Part shown: piece after piece, positions 12,291-26,849 of the stretch | How positions within the stretch are numbered: position 1 is the stretch's first letter | Layout of the letters: the number at the start of each line of letters is the position of its first letter | Notes under the pieces: generated by a model | The model's database searches: none | What the model was told of the DNA's origin: nothing | Seen by the model: only the letters and a program-made list of their open reading frames with translations | From: Vicugna vicugna | Taxonomy: Eukaryota | Assembly (NCBI GenBank): GCA_013265495.1 | Contig: MU061579.1 | Coordinates: forward strand, 1,423,319-1,487,318 | DNA: 64,000 bases | Direction of reading: 5' to 3' | Translations under genes and position numbers: made by a program

Positions 12291-13669
12291 TTTCCTATGT
12301 CAAGGAGTCTAACTAAGGCAATCTTGGATTGGTCTAAATGAAACAATCAGTTGGTCTAGACAAGAGACTACATTTTGCAGTCGATATAAGATATGACCCG
12401 GTACACTCAATAATCCACTGTCATATTTAACCACAAAACTGACTCTGAAGAAAATTAAGTAGGTCTTTAAGATTGTGGCTTTTATGAATAAAGCAAAAAT
12501 TAAAACCTTTATGGTCTTTATATTCTTCATAGCAACAAGCGTGATGTATATAGCATTAGAGCCACCATGTTGGCCAACTAAGAAACTTAGGAGACAGCCG
12601 ATTTCTACCTCATTCTCTTTCTCAACATTCAGTTCAATGTGGCGTTACATCAAAGATGCTTTCTAATGTCTCTCATGTAGTCTCTACATCCACTGCTATA
12701 GTTTGGTCTTCAGCATCCATTTCTTAGTTCATTGTATTAGCTATTCAACTTAGACTGCTGCTTCCTTTTTTACTCACTATCAAATTGCCTTACTTCCAAG
12801 GTAATCTTTGTCACTACAATCTGACATCCCTTCAACAGTTTACCAAACACCTAGAAAACCAGTCCTTCTAGGGACCTATGGTGGTGTAGTGGTGGCTGCT
12901 GAGAATTAAGAGGAGCTAAAGTAGGGCAGACCACTTATTAGGAATTTTTTTATGTGCTATATATCTAGGTCAGATTACCTGCATCTCCCTAATAGCCTCC
13001 AGGCAGAGTTTGGGGTCCCTTGATCCACAGCATCTTACCGTTGTAATATGTGACATATTTTAACATAAATGTTATTTTCCATTGTTGTCAATTACATAGT
13101 ACTGAGTGATTTCAGAAGGGATGTTTTTTGCAGCTAGAAAATTTTTAATTCAGCTGTACAACTTTTATAATTGTATGCTTTTTTCTCAGTTGTTAGATGG
13201 GCATATTCTGAATGAAAAAATCCTATATTTGGTACGATTTTTGTATGTTTGCTAAAACTAATCTTCATTTACGTGGTGGAATTTAATATTATATTCAGGT
13301 GGAGGAACTGAGGATATAAATTATATTGATTTCTTAGAAAAAGCCTTTTGGGAATTCAAGAGTAGATGTAAGCTGTAAATCGTTGAAACATATCAATAAA
13401 GATGATCTAGTCATTTACTGTTTTAGCTCATTAATTCGCAAAAACTAGTATTACTCAGAGCATGCCAAGACCTTTAGGGAAGTAAAATAACTAAGTCAGG
13501 AACATTACAGAGAGATGATCAGAGAAACTGGCTAGTTCTTCCCCAAAGGGAAGGTCAATCAATTAAAATATGTTCATAGAGTGCTTTCTAGGTGATGAAT
13601 GTGATGAGAGGGTTGTGGTGGTGACAATGTTCTAAATCAGAAAGGATCATCAGCCTCAGGGTAAGGATT

Positions 13670-13875
13670 TTTTTTTTGCTTATTTTTCAATTGAGATTTA
13701 GTTGACACATAACATTGATAAGTTTAAAATGCCTTGATACATTTTCACATTGAAGTATGATTACCACAGTGATATTAACTAACATCTCCATTATGTCACA
13801 AAATTATCATTTCTTTTTTGTGGTGAGAATACAGTATTATATGCTCCAAAGTTGCTAAGAGGCTAAATTTTTAAA
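13670..13875 (-). mobile_element. Short 5'-truncated and 5'-inverted L1 3'UTR (L1MA9-like)
   Basis: 13670-13828 is antisense L1 3' end with poly(T). 13829-13875 is the adjacent upstream consensus segment in the opposite orientation. Degenerate TSD ggtaaggatt (13660-13669) / ggcaaagatt (13876-13885). Confidence 0.7.
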
Positions 13876-16639
13876 GGCAAAGATTATTGAATGAAGTAGA
13901 ACCATCTCATAGGTGATAAAAAGCCAGAAGGTAATAGAGTGGGATTAAATACTGATTAAATAAGCAATCAGAGCAGAAAGAGGGTAAGCAGAGGTATAAT
14001 TCCCATGGAAACTCGTGGTCTTATTCATGGCCAGTCTTACCAGATCTTGGGTAACAAAGAAAATGACTTTAAATAGACTAGTGAAGAGAAAGCTGTTGGC
14101 TGTGGCTTTGACCAGAGGCTTCAGCAAAGAACTACACATGCATGACACCTGGCATGAAATTAGGATAGGCCAAAGGATATTGAGATGGATACAGTTTAAT
14201 AGTAGAGAGGCTGTGAATAGAACAGTGACAATGCAATGTGCTATGTTTAATAACAGAGTTATTAAAATGGTTTGGTGGTACAGAAAATAGACTAGTGTAT
14301 TCATTTTAACCAAATTATTCAATTTGTTCAAAGTTTTCTTAATCCTGTAGAAGATCTGAAATCTACATCCTGATAGATAGACCCAGAGTGATTGCTCAGA
14401 TAACTCATTACACATGCCTTTTTCTCTAAGGAAATCCTTCCTTTTTTTTCTAGATACTGAATCACTATAATTGAATAGCATTTCCCCATAATGAACTACA
14501 TTATGTTCTGTTAAGTGACTTTAAAGCTTAAAAATGAATTTATGAGAGGAAGTACTCTTTTGAAATATAATAATTGTCTCTTTTTGCTGTTTAATTGGGA
14601 ATTTATCTTTTTAGTTTATGATGAGAGGAGTTTCCTTAAGAAGATATTGCTGTCTTTGAAGAAAATGAATGAATCAGTAACACATAGACTTCTACTATAA
14701 ATGTTGCTTAGCTCTTCTAAATATTATATCAACAATTATATATTATTTTAACTAGATTGATGTAAAATACCTACTAATATTCAATTTTTAATTTGGGCTG
14801 TTTTATTCTTAATTTCTTACCATGTCTCTAGTTTTTCTTTCTTTCTTCTTTTTCTCTTTCTTTCATTCTTTTTCTATAATAATGCCATTTTATTGGTGAC
14901 TCCATTTTGTGCTTTCATTTACATAAAATCTCTTGGATGAAGATTGCTTGTTCATGGGGCCACAGAACTGATAATCTTTTTAACCTGCAGTTAAAATGTA
15001 AGTAATATTTCTAAATTCAATGCAGAGAACATGGAAAGTTTTTATTCCATCTTTATTTTCAGCAACATAAAAGATTATAGCCAAACTACAGGTTTTCAAA
15101 ACATGATTTTACAAATATGAATAAAGAGTAGTGTTATAAAGAAAAATAATGCTTCAAAAATTTAAAATGATGATTTAGTACATGAATATGTAGTCTCCTT
15201 TAGTCTATTCTCTCTGTCAATTTTAATCTCTTATCCTCAAACTGTTGCCAGAAGCCTATTGTATTGTCCACATTTTATTTATAACAAATTTTGATTCAAG
15301 CATCTTCAGCATCTAATACATTTATTTCACCCTAATTCTAGAATCTGCTGATAACTTCTTGTCTCTGAAAGCCCATTTCTTGAATATTAATATATCTTTC
15401 TAATGTTTTTTAATATTGCTTGATTAAACTGAAAAAGGCTGTTATCATATACATCTTTCACATTTTCCCTGCAAAATACGATTTCCAGATGAGAGATCAT
15501 TAAAGAAATCCATAAAAAAGTAGCATAAGAACTAAGTACTTACCTCTTTACCAAGAAACAAAGCAGAGAAAATACAGTAGAATAAAATATCTTTTTTGGT
15601 GTCCCTCACACAATTCATTTTAGGGAAGCGATGACCAGTTCCTTCCTTGGCCATTGAACAAAGGACAGCTTGATAAAACTAGTGTGAAGACTTTACATGT
15701 TGTTACAGTATTACCAACATCATCAGCTTCATACCTTGCAACATGAACACTATCTCTGAATCATGACATGCTGCAGAAGGGAAAGAGAGGGTGGTTCAAA
15801 AATTCTAGGATTATTTTAGAATAGTTGGATTTTCATAGCTACAGATAAAAAATTAAGGCAATTTTACACATCAAAATGATGACAGATTAAGATGTTAACA
15901 CTAGAGAAACAATGCCAAAACATAATTTCAAAACTTTAACCACAGTTTTAAGGGCTAAGAAACAAAAATAATGTTGACAACATATTACTTTACATTTACT
16001 GATTTGCTAACTCTCTAGCTACCCTTTGTAGTAGGAGTAACCCAACAAAGCACACAGAGCTACAAAGTAACTAAGATAGATTTCAAATCCCTTTGTCTGA
16101 TTCCAAGTGCATGTTTAATTATTTATTCTAAATTATAATGTATTTTAACGTAAGTTACAAGTCTTATTTTGTGAGCCAGTTTTTAGTTATAGATTTTTTT
16201 ATATAAACCTTTCCAAGCATTATGTTGATTAGTACATAATTTCTGTTTGCTGTTGCCTTTAAATTTCTATTTTAGACGTATTGTTACTTTTAATTTATTT
16301 ATTTGGTAAATAGTCTGCAGGATTCTGAAAATATTTTATGTATTGTTTGTAGGAAACATATTAAATATATAACAGGTAGAGAAAACTAATAATTCTGCAA
16401 GTAAAAGAGAAATGTTAAGAGAAAGAGAACAGGGAAGATTGAAAAATAAAACCAATGGAATGGAAGTAATCCAAAGACATAGCAGGATTTTTTTAACTGT
16501 GCTCGTTTTGAAAAATACTATTTTATAGTGGTGATACCATTTTTGGTGTATATGCCCCTTCACGAATTGGGCTCTTGAGTTATTGAAAAATTAATATTTA
16601 AATGTAGACCTTTTTTTTGTCTGTCTTAATTGATTTTAT

Positions 16640-16970
16640 TTTTAGTCATGAATGATACACAATCTAACTCCAGACTGTTTAAGAAGAAATGGATATTTAC
16701 GGCTTCATCTAACTAAATAGTGCCTTGGGAAATAATACTGGTTTCAGGTCCATGGTTTCGTATTTTATCATCAGGTTTTGTACTGGCTTCCTCCATATCC
16801 CATCTTCCTCCACATCGGGCAGGCCCTCAGGCAGAGTCCCCACTGGGGAATCAAGTTGATTTCTAGTGGTTGAATGATTACATCCTATCTATTCAAATTC
16901 AAGACCAATGGAAAGAGAGTACCTAGCTTAATTTGGACAGACTTAGTTCCCTTGATCATCCCGAGCCAAT
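16640..16970 (-). mobile_element. Old MaLR LTR fragment (MLT1J/K-like)
   Basis: aatctaactccagactgtttaagaagaaatggatatttacggcttc ... ttggacagacttagttcccttgatcatcccgagccaat resembles antisense MLT1J/K. Confidence 0.5.
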
Positions 16971-17149
16971 GATTTATTTGAATATATATATATTTTTAAT
17001 TTTAGTTATGTAAATCTACTCCTCACTTCATAGACTGTCCACATCCCCTCTTCTACTTTATTTTGTATGTTATCACCATCATACACTTGATTTTTATATT
17101 ATTTTACATACTTGTAAATTGTATATATAAACAAATAAAATTTGTTTGT

Positions 17150-17260
17150 TTATTTATTGTTCATTTCACACAACCAGAATATAAACTCCATGAGGGAAGT
17201 ATATTATGTCTGCTTCGTGCCAGTATATAGTTTTTGCTCAATGAGTGAATTAATTCCTTA
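17150..17260 (+). mobile_element. L2 3'-end fragment
   Basis: ccagaatataaactccatgaggg...gctcaatgagtgaattaa follows the L2 terminal pattern. Confidence 0.5.
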
Positions 17261-20200
17261 TTATCTACTCTGTACTGTATTCTAAGTGCTTGAGGTACAG
17301 CACTGAAGCAAACATCTAATTTTCTGGCTTCATTGAGTTTATGTGTATACATGATAGATACATGGATGGCTAGACAGATAAACAGATAGATGGACAGATA
17401 AAATGCACACATTATGTCAGGGAATTATAAGTGTTAAGAGGAAATATTCTGTCTCTGGATGTCAAGAGGCATACTCATTGATTGGAATGGGCTAAATCAT
17501 TCATTCTTCACTGACTATTTATGAGAATATCCTCAATCAAAGTTCCTTTCATAAAAGATTGAAAGGGATGTTTCTTCTTAAAGCCTGTGGAATATATTTA
17601 CCAGAAGATATTGGAATAGATGTTAAGAAAACAACTCATAAACTAAAGAGTGAGGATATTTGCAGAAACTGCAATGGTAGAGTGGGATATAGAATAATTA
17701 AAATAAACCCTAAACTCTTTCTGATTCATAAATAATAAGAATATATAGTTCAGAACAGTCAGAGGATTACAGAAATCCTTACATCCAGCTGGACTGGTGA
17801 ATATTTCTTTTTTTGGCCCTGATTCTGCTCCTTACAGGTATTCAACTAGATGTTTATCTAATACCCTTATTTTGAACCTTCCCTGAAGGCTAAGTTTAAA
17901 TTATTCTTTCCAACTATGAAAGTTTAACTATTTTATTTTTTAACTATTATGGTTAAGAATCAGTTGACTCTTTGAATCCTAGAGATCTCTAAATACATGG
18001 AACCTCTCTATTCCTTTTCACTCCTATTTACTAATTAGCTAATTAATTTTTACACCCAACTTCTACTTGAATTACTTGATAACTGCAGCTAAAGAAGCCC
18101 TGCACACTTTTAAACTTTAATTTCTTAATTAGTATAATCCTCCAAATTAATTACTTAAAATAACCAGCAGAACCACACATTTCTGCAGATACATTCATTA
18201 TAAGATGGTTTCTGCTAAGAACATGGCTTGCCATTTTTCCAATATTCAACACCAATTTTCTTGGTGCCCACTGCCAAGGTCTTAAGACAATCCTACAAAT
18301 GTCTGCATCTGCACACTTGTAGACACTAACTTCCTCGCCACACAGTCTTTACATGGGGATTTACAGTCTTGGACCCTCCAAAAATCATGAGCATTGCAGT
18401 CAATGGCAGGGGAATGGAAAGTGCTCACTTGCGCTTTGGATCTTAAAGACTTCCACTAGGACATGACCAGCATCATTCTGCTCACATGGCATTGTCAGGA
18501 AGTGTTGTCCCATAGTGTGTCCAGAGGAGGAGAAACCAAAATAATAGTAAATACTAATGATACACAAAACTCTTTTGATACAATTTTCCACACTATAATC
18601 AAAATCTCTTTTTGTCAAAGTGTAAATTTACTATGTTACCTGCACCATACTATCACTCAGTTGTAAAGACAGGTTTCCAGCACAGGCCTGTGCACCATTC
18701 CAAGCTGGAACTCATTCGAGTAGTCAACACTGCCTCTCAGAGCCTTTGCTTCTTCCTTCTGGGGCATCTATTGTGAACCAATTTCTATACCAAATGCAGC
18801 CATGAATGCCTCTCCACACCTGAGAGAGTTTGGCTAATAGTCCTACTCCACAAGGACTTTCAAGACATATACAAATGCCACATAGATGTCTCCTGATAGA
18901 ACATTTATAACAAAAAAAAAAAAAAACCCACCACACAGAAGTTTTCTTGAAAAAAAATTCTCTTTGTGTCAGATATATGAAAGGAATATTTCTGACTACT
19001 TTGTATGAGTTTCTTAAAATACTATATGTCTGCTCTTCTAAAGTGCTTGCCACCCAAAGTAATATTAAAATAAGATCAAGCTGTGCAAATGACCCATATT
19101 GTAAGAAACATTCTAATCTGTTCCAGATATAGCTGCCCAATTTGAGTTTATGGTAATAACTAGTAAAAAGAGGAACAGACTCTAACCTTCAGATTCCTGA
19201 CTCAGGCAATATATTGTTTATATAAAGACAAAAACGACTTGACATTTCAGCTTAATAATGTTCTCCTAAGTTTCACTGTTACAGTGTTCCCCAGAAATTT
19301 TCACTTAGAGGTTCTGTTGCCAAAGTTAAGATATAGATTTTTCTTCCTAACAATTCATTCTCTAAACTATTGTTAGTTCCAAAAAAAAATGGCCTTAATA
19401 TAATGGAGTTTCATTGTACTTTGTATTATGTGGAGCAGGTTCTATTTGATTTCTACAAAATAAGTCACTTTTATCCATTCCAGTTTCTAAACCACTTTGT
19501 GGAAGAAATATTTGAATTCATCAATTTTAGAGAGACATTGAATCATCCTTCAAGCAATATATGATGACATTTTGAGCACAAATATCAAGATTATTATTTT
19601 TAAAATTAAATATTACCTGAGTGTTTAAAGTGGCTGAGGAGCATATTAATATTAAATATTATTTCTGACATTTTAAAAAGGTCAAATATGCTGCTGTTAT
19701 ACAAAAACTATTAGCAGAAACATCAAATTATTATAATCATTCTAAACACTAATTTGGTTCAAAAGTTAACATTTAGAGAGTTTGAACTCAATATTTCTTC
19801 TCAATGAAGGTCAACATAATTTCACTGTTCAAGTTCTATCCAAAAAAATTTCACTCAACTTGAAAACACTAATTTAACATCAACATTGACTTTCACTCTA
19901 ATTTTTAGTGAACATTTTAATTTTTCCTGGATGACTATATATAGTTGCCAGGGGTAGAGGGGAGCAGTAACTTTTTTGAATTACTTTTTCAACTTCCATC
20001 TAACTTTTCAACAAAGCATAATCATTGAGTATCCAAAGTAGCTGCACAAACTCTGAGGTTGAGAAGGAAGTTTGCTTCTTTGTAACTAAAAGAACAAATT
20101 CTACTCCACTATTCACCAGTGACTGAATACACCAGACCTTGAACAAAAAAATCCATCTTTGTCCCCGAAAATCAGCTGCCCGATATTTCAAACTGATTCT

Positions 20201-21467
20201 ACTTATGGACTTTCATAGACTAGAATGTCTTTTGAATTAAAGCAATAATCATAGTGCCAAGGAGATTTTGGATGGACTTTCTACATCTCTGCGTCCTCTT
20301 CTGTATAAATATGGAATCAATATTTACCTCATTGTTTACTTATGTCTTACGTTATTCTCTTCTCTTTGTAAATTTTCATTTTCTTTACTTAGCTTTGTTC
20401 TCTAGAAGAAAAATTTCAATTGTGCTATAGCACATTCTCAGGAGGATGTCATAACTCTAAGATCCTTAAAAATTTACATGTGACCAACTGCTTTTCAGAC
20501 AAACCAGAGGACTAGAATGTATTACGTATAAAGTATGTGGTTATATCAAAATATTCAACACATCTTTCTCTTATGTGTTTTTTTTTCATTCTATTTTCTT
20601 TCTTTAAATAAAGGCATTGCTTTTTAGAAGATTCCAGAAACTGTTCAGATCTGGTTAGTAAAATCACTGAATATTTTCAGTGTGATATTAACTACTGTAT
20701 ATCTGTTCTTTAAAATGTATGAAGTTTTTGGCTTGCTTTCTATCACTTACTTCTGACAGCATCCCCTCATATATTAGGCAGTATCCTCATCTCCTGTCAA
20801 ATAAAAACAGAGCCAACAATAGATCACACATCTTGTTCAAATTTAAATAGCTAATAAATATCTAAGTCAAATCTGGAACTGAAATCATAAAACATTATCT
20901 TTTCAATTCTTTCTTAGAAATGATTATTTGAAAATTAACATAATATGTTTTTCTAGTCTCCTTGGATTCAAGTACCAATAAATTCAAGCCAGCCACATAA
21001 CAAATACTTGGAATCATTTCATAATAGATAAAAACAAAGTTTAGGATATCTGCAAACTTGAAACCATTCTGCTGCTAGAATCAATTAACCATTGTTGCCC
21101 ATGAACAGAAAAAGGGCAGACCCCCACATATCATTGTGTTATTTTTCCACTTTAAAGAAGCTCACAAAAATGAACAGACTGCTTTCTCTATGACTTTGAT
21201 TCATCATGTATAGATACATTATCTTCAAGTTGTGATGTATACAAAATGATGTCACAAAAAACTATGCTAATGGATATGATACTTTTTACTGTCTTTTTCT
21301 GTATGTCTGCTTGCTAATAGCCTTCTAAGTTTCTACATTGTATTTCCAGAATTGCTGCAAGCTAATTTCACGTTCCTTTGCCCTTTATTATATAATTTCC
21401 TAGCTTCAGAACCTCTTTTCTCTCTTTAATATGGCTCATTCTTGGTTGCTTTAATCATTACATAATG

Positions 21468-21595
21468 CATGTATGATCTTCAGTAATTTAAGCTTTTATT
21501 TCTTCATCTATAAAATGGGGAGGGTAATGATACCTAAAGTGCTCAGAATAACACGTGGCACCTACGAATATTTCTAAGTAGTTTACACTATTTTT
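21468..21595 (+). mobile_element. MIR SINE fragment
   Basis: MIR core tttcttcatctataaaatgggg...taatgatacct, then aaagtgctcagaa. Confidence 0.65.
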
Positions 21596-23509
21596 ATTAT
21601 ATAGAGTTTCAGACTTGTTATTTTGACTTTGAATTCCTGTCTTCAGTTTCTGCTCTTTGATTCTATGAACCAAGATTCTTTTCCACAGCCCAGAAGATTC
21701 AACATAAGATTGTAAGTGTCACACCTCCCTCATGGCTCAGTCTGAAAGAAGGGCAGACTTCTTCCAAATGAAAAAAAGTGTCACCAGATTCTTCTGTCAG
21801 GGATAGCAGAGTCAATCACTCTTGGGTTTTCTGATCATCTGGGGAAAAATATTCTACATTTTTCAAAATGTTCCCCTTACTCTTTCAACCTTCTTGAAAA
21901 GAAAACAGGTTTTCTTGGATATTCTATCTGTGGTTCAGTCACATATGTATTTCTCTGCTTTCTTATAACCAGTACTGAGCCTACTGAAAATAAATGCATT
22001 CGTTTTTCTGAGCGTGCCTGCAGGAGCAGTCTTTTCAGCTTGAATTGCATATTCAAGTTTCCTGCTGCTTTCAATCCATCTAGGATTAACAAGAACTTAC
22101 CTGTTTACAATAAATGGAATGGATATTGGGTATTTGATCAAGGACAGTCCTCAGGCTGTATAGTTTCTTCTATTTGTTGAAATTTAATGTCATTTAACCT
22201 CTGGGAGTGGAGCACAAGCTTTCTTCTAAACCAGATTTTTCTAATTTTTAGAGGAAGCTTTTTGAATAAAATGGAGCTGCAAGGCTGGTTTTTATTTGTT
22301 TTGGCTCAAAATGTTTGCATTTTTTATATCACTTGCTTGCCCCAGGGATGCACAGAATGGGTGATTTTTACAGATCTGAAAAATAAATCAATCAATATGA
22401 GAATTTGTTGGTCTGTATTTGTTATTAATATTACAATCTCTTCTCTCCTGGGACATCTTCTACAAACTCAGTTAATAAAAGAGAAGCCCTTGCAGTGTTT
22501 TACGTCATGGTTATACTACAGATAAATAAATATACCCAACAAGCTTACATCAGTCTTATTTTAATAAAACACAGGAATGAACAGTGTTTGGAGACTAAAG
22601 AGCTAATAGCAAAGCCCACATAGTCTTAACTTGTGTATTGTATTTGTGATTCTTATTAATATTGTTTTTAGGTATATCATGCTGAAAAGGTTTTCTCAAT
22701 CTGTCATATCCTTGCATTAATGGAGGAATCTAGAATGATATATTATATTTGAGGGGATAGGAGAGGATGGAAAGGAAAGAAAATGGAAGGGGGAAAGGCA
22801 TGATTTATATAGTACAAAGGGGAAAATGCTCTTCAGATATGGAATAGATGACTGTGAACATTTTCTATATAATATACAGCATTTCCCATAATAAAAGTCT
22901 CAAGAAAAATTAGACTAAATATAGTTAAGGTCAAGAATAATGTATAATACTGCCTTGTATTAATGGTTAAATTTTTAATGGAAATAATCAAATACTTTTT
23001 AAATTAAAAATGGACGTAACATCTGGTGAAATTTAAAGGTACTAGATTTATATGTAAATAGTTTTTAGATGTAAACATCATTAAGATATGAGATTTATTT
23101 AAATAATGACAGTGAGTACATGTGTCACTGGGACTGGCACAGAGTAGGCACACAAGAATTGTAAAGCTAATGTATCAGGGGTAAAAATTAAAGACAACAT
23201 TAAACCAAAAACATGATCAATAGAAACTAGAAAAGAAATTGATTAGTGTTCTGTTTTAATATTTATAACACATATAACTTAATACAAATCATATGATTTC
23301 CTAGGTTCCAGTTTCTTACTAAAAGAAGTAATACTTTTATACTGGCATACTAGTATTAACCTTGGTAAACTTGCCATGTTATTGTGACAATACAATTAAG
23401 TATTGAAATGAACAAATTCATACCTTCAGCTGTTTGCATTCGGCATGTATAAACTTTGGACTCGTCACTTGAAAGGTAACAAGACCCTGCCCACAAAGAG
23501 TTGGATGAT

Positions 23510-23959
23510 GTTGACAGAGAGACCAAAAGCACTAAGGGACAGTGACCAGAATATATGTTAAAGTGGAACTCTAGCCTACAACCTCTGCAGTAACCAGTTC
23601 AGGAAGCCAAACCAATCCTTTAGAGCAATTAACCCCAGATGGTTAAAACTTGATCAATAATGGCCAGCTTCTTTCATTTTTGCCCCCACTTTTATTCCAG
23701 GACCAACCAAAGGAAGCCAGATATGCTTCCCAAACCAATCATACAGGATCCCTTGTTTACTGGCCAGCCTCCAGCTTCCCCAGCCAACAACCTCCAATCA
23801 GAACTGAGCTGAAGGCTTCCCTTTGTTCACCATGGAGATTCCACACTGCCTGCCTCCCTTTGAGGCTCTGCCAAATGGAAGTAATGAGGGCTGACTCCCC
23901 TGAAAGCTCTGAATGAGTTTCCTCAGCTTTTTCTCATTTGAGTGGTCTTTATTGCCACA
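23510..23959 (+). mobile_element. ERV1-class solo LTR (MER110/MER90-like)
   Basis: acaacctctgcagtaaccagttcaggaagccaaacca...ggaccaaccaaaggaagccagatatgcttcccaaaccaatca...gctgactccc...ttctcatttgagtggtctttattgccaca; ends in CA. Confidence 0.7.
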
Positions 23960-24089
23960 TTACATAAAAATCCACATCTTACATCTATAAATGAGCAGTG
24001 TTAAGGGGGAATTTGTTAGTATGACTAGTAAAGGAGACTATCACGGATAGCCACCTTTATCAAGGAACTGAGGAAGATTAAAAAGCAAC

Positions 24090-24890
24090 TGTGGACTTCC
24101 AGTTTCAACTCCAACATATAAAGGCTTTAAAGTCACCACTCTCACTTACAATAACAAAAAATGGGACAAAATGAAAATTAATGATTTTTCTTGAACCGTT
24201 GCAGGAAAACTACCGTTCCCAAATCTGGAGACTCTGGTGCATGCAGAGAGAGATACAGCCCCCATGATTAACTTACTAAGAACAGAAGCCATTGGATGTC
24301 TTAGGTGGTAGGAATGCTTGAATGGTAATTTAAACAAATTGCTAGAGACTGTGTGAACTAACTTGAGAGACAGAAACTCGGGAACCCATGGTCTGAGAGT
24401 TCCACCAGGTTGGGATTCAAGAAAAATCTCCTTGTGCTTCTAGGAGACAGACGAGGCAAATGATCATTGTAAAACAATCCCAGAATCTTCTCCACAGGGA
24501 ACGCCTACTATGTAGTGGAAAGGGCTTTGTCGGAGCACAAAGGAACCAGACAACTTTATCCCAGGTGTTGAGATGATCGGACACAGAATGTAAAATAATT
24601 ATGATTAATATATTAAGTTCTCTAATGGAAAAAGTAAACGACGTGCAAAAGAGATGTGTAATGTAAGCAGACAGATGGAAATTCTGAGAAAGAATCAAAA
24701 GGAAATGCTAGAAATCAAAACTGTAATTAGGAAGAGTAAAAAATATCTTTGATGGATTCATCAGTAACTGCAAAAAGGCCAGGGTAAGAATTTTCCAAAC
24801 CTAAAATTTAAGAAAAAGGAGAAAGGGAAAAAACACAAGACAGAATATGCAACAACTATTGTGGGAGAATATCAAAAGCCGTAAAATGCA
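24090..24890 (+). mobile_element. Old L1 5' region/ORF1 fragments
   Basis: atggaaattctgagaaagaatcaaaaggaaatgctagaaatcaaaa and tttgatggattcatcagta are ORF1 coiled-coil motifs. Confidence 0.7.
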
Positions 24891-26849
24891 AACTTTTGAT
24901 ATTTATCCTTAAAAGATTTGTGAAGTTATCAGGCAAAAAGCTAGTCAGAGCATTCCAGGTAGGTTGATCAAAAAGCCATGGAATTTGGAAAAGATAGGGC
25001 ATACAGAGGGAGGACTTTAAAGTTTTAACGTGACTCTAACAGAATATGTGTAAGAGCAGAAAACTCACGCCGGGTCAGATTGCACCACACAATACACCCC
25101 ACGCAGTGCATACATATACTTGTTCCAGACACCATGTTCTCAAGTTAGGGCTTAAATCTGGGGATATTATGGAGCCAATAGACGTCTTTATGCAGAGTCG
25201 CAATGTGAATTGATTTAAGTTTTATGAAATAAACTTTTGGAGCAGCTGAACTATGGTAGAAAACTATGGTATGTGTGTATGTTTCGTTCTTTAAGGGAGA
25301 AGACAGAATCGAGATATGTGAAGATCAAGAAAGCCCTACGGTTTTCTATCTCATTTACTCTGCTCCCATAACCCTTCTTTAAATGTCAAGAACTTCAGAG
25401 CTGGGGAAAGCATCCTGGGTGAGCATCCACACCCTGTCCATAAATGCCTTCAACATGAGTGCACAACTCTAAAGTCACGTATGTGTGTGTAATTGGGGGA
25501 GGGTATTCTTCGCTTTTATAAGATTATCCAAGGATTTTGTAGCCCAAACGAAGGTTAGTCAAAAAAAATAGTGTAGTATTGCTTTTATTCTAAAATATAA
25601 CAAACCATAAAATCTCTTTCCTATTACTGTTATTTCAGTTTTAACTACATGTGAAATTACTGGTCATTCACTGAAATTCATCCCAACATCACTGCCTTAG
25701 GGAAGCATATCATGAGGTTTTCAAATAGCCTTAATCATTCGCTTTGCTGGGCTAACTCTATCTATATATAGATGTCCTTCTATTCTTGTACTTATCATAC
25801 TATGAAATGTAAACCTGTCTTTCCAATTAGAATATGACCAACATGAGCACATTTGCAGAACCTAATACAACACAAAAAAAGTTGATCCTTAAAACATTAG
25901 TTGAAAGTTCTAATTATGAGCAAATTATAAAGTATATTATTTATAATATTCTAATTTATAATTATAAATATTTAAATAAGAGTATATTGTGATATACTAG
26001 GTCTTTTGCTTATTATTGCAGTTTGTACTCAATTATAAGCTGTCTGAAATTTAATCTGATTGAACATATTAAAGATTATTAAGAACTGATAAAAGTACCA
26101 GATAGTTGTTAGGCACATAAATATCAGAGAAACAGGGCTGAAGAAACAATGCAATGCCCTCTACAGGTTTTATACTTTTTTGTTCATCAACATATATTTT
26201 ATGCAATAATTCCTTTCATGTGATATATTAATGTACGCAATTTCCAGCATCAAATTGTTCCTCTATTATTTTTCTTCCATTCAAAAAAAGCATATCAGGA
26301 TACAAATGAAAAATTTTAAGGTTATTATAGAAATAAACTCATTTCTGATCTAATTTATATTGTTAAGAGTACATCAATAGAGAAATTTGGAAACTTAATT
26401 ATTAGTAGTAACAACTTAATTGCAATGCTGTAAAACTCATTGTGACACTCAAGTATATAATAACACCATTCTTGAAAATCTCTGTTTTAGAGTACTTTCT
26501 GTTTAACACTAGAAGAAGTACAAGTATGTATTATAAACATTTATTGCAATTATAGAAAAATTTCATTATCTATAAAAAGGGTGATACTTATACATTCAAG
26601 ATGATAGAATTGTTTTAGTAATGAAATAATGCATAATGCTTTCCAATGCACTTAGTCCACTATGATAAATTAATAAATCTTTACCATTATAATTATTTTT
26701 ATGAACAATATTATGTGCTTTATGAACTTCATTTACATGCACTGTTTTAACTGAGAAGGATAAATAGGGACTTTTTTTTTTAGCCTTGATTTACTGATAA
26801 GGGAAAGAAAAGTTAGAAAAAATTATTTGGTGAATATCTTTATTCAGAG

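Noticed and set aside
13945..14481. Longest ORF (178 aa, minus strand)
   Set aside because: L/F/S/I-rich composition typical of T-rich non-coding strands, with no domain similarity or supporting splice structure.
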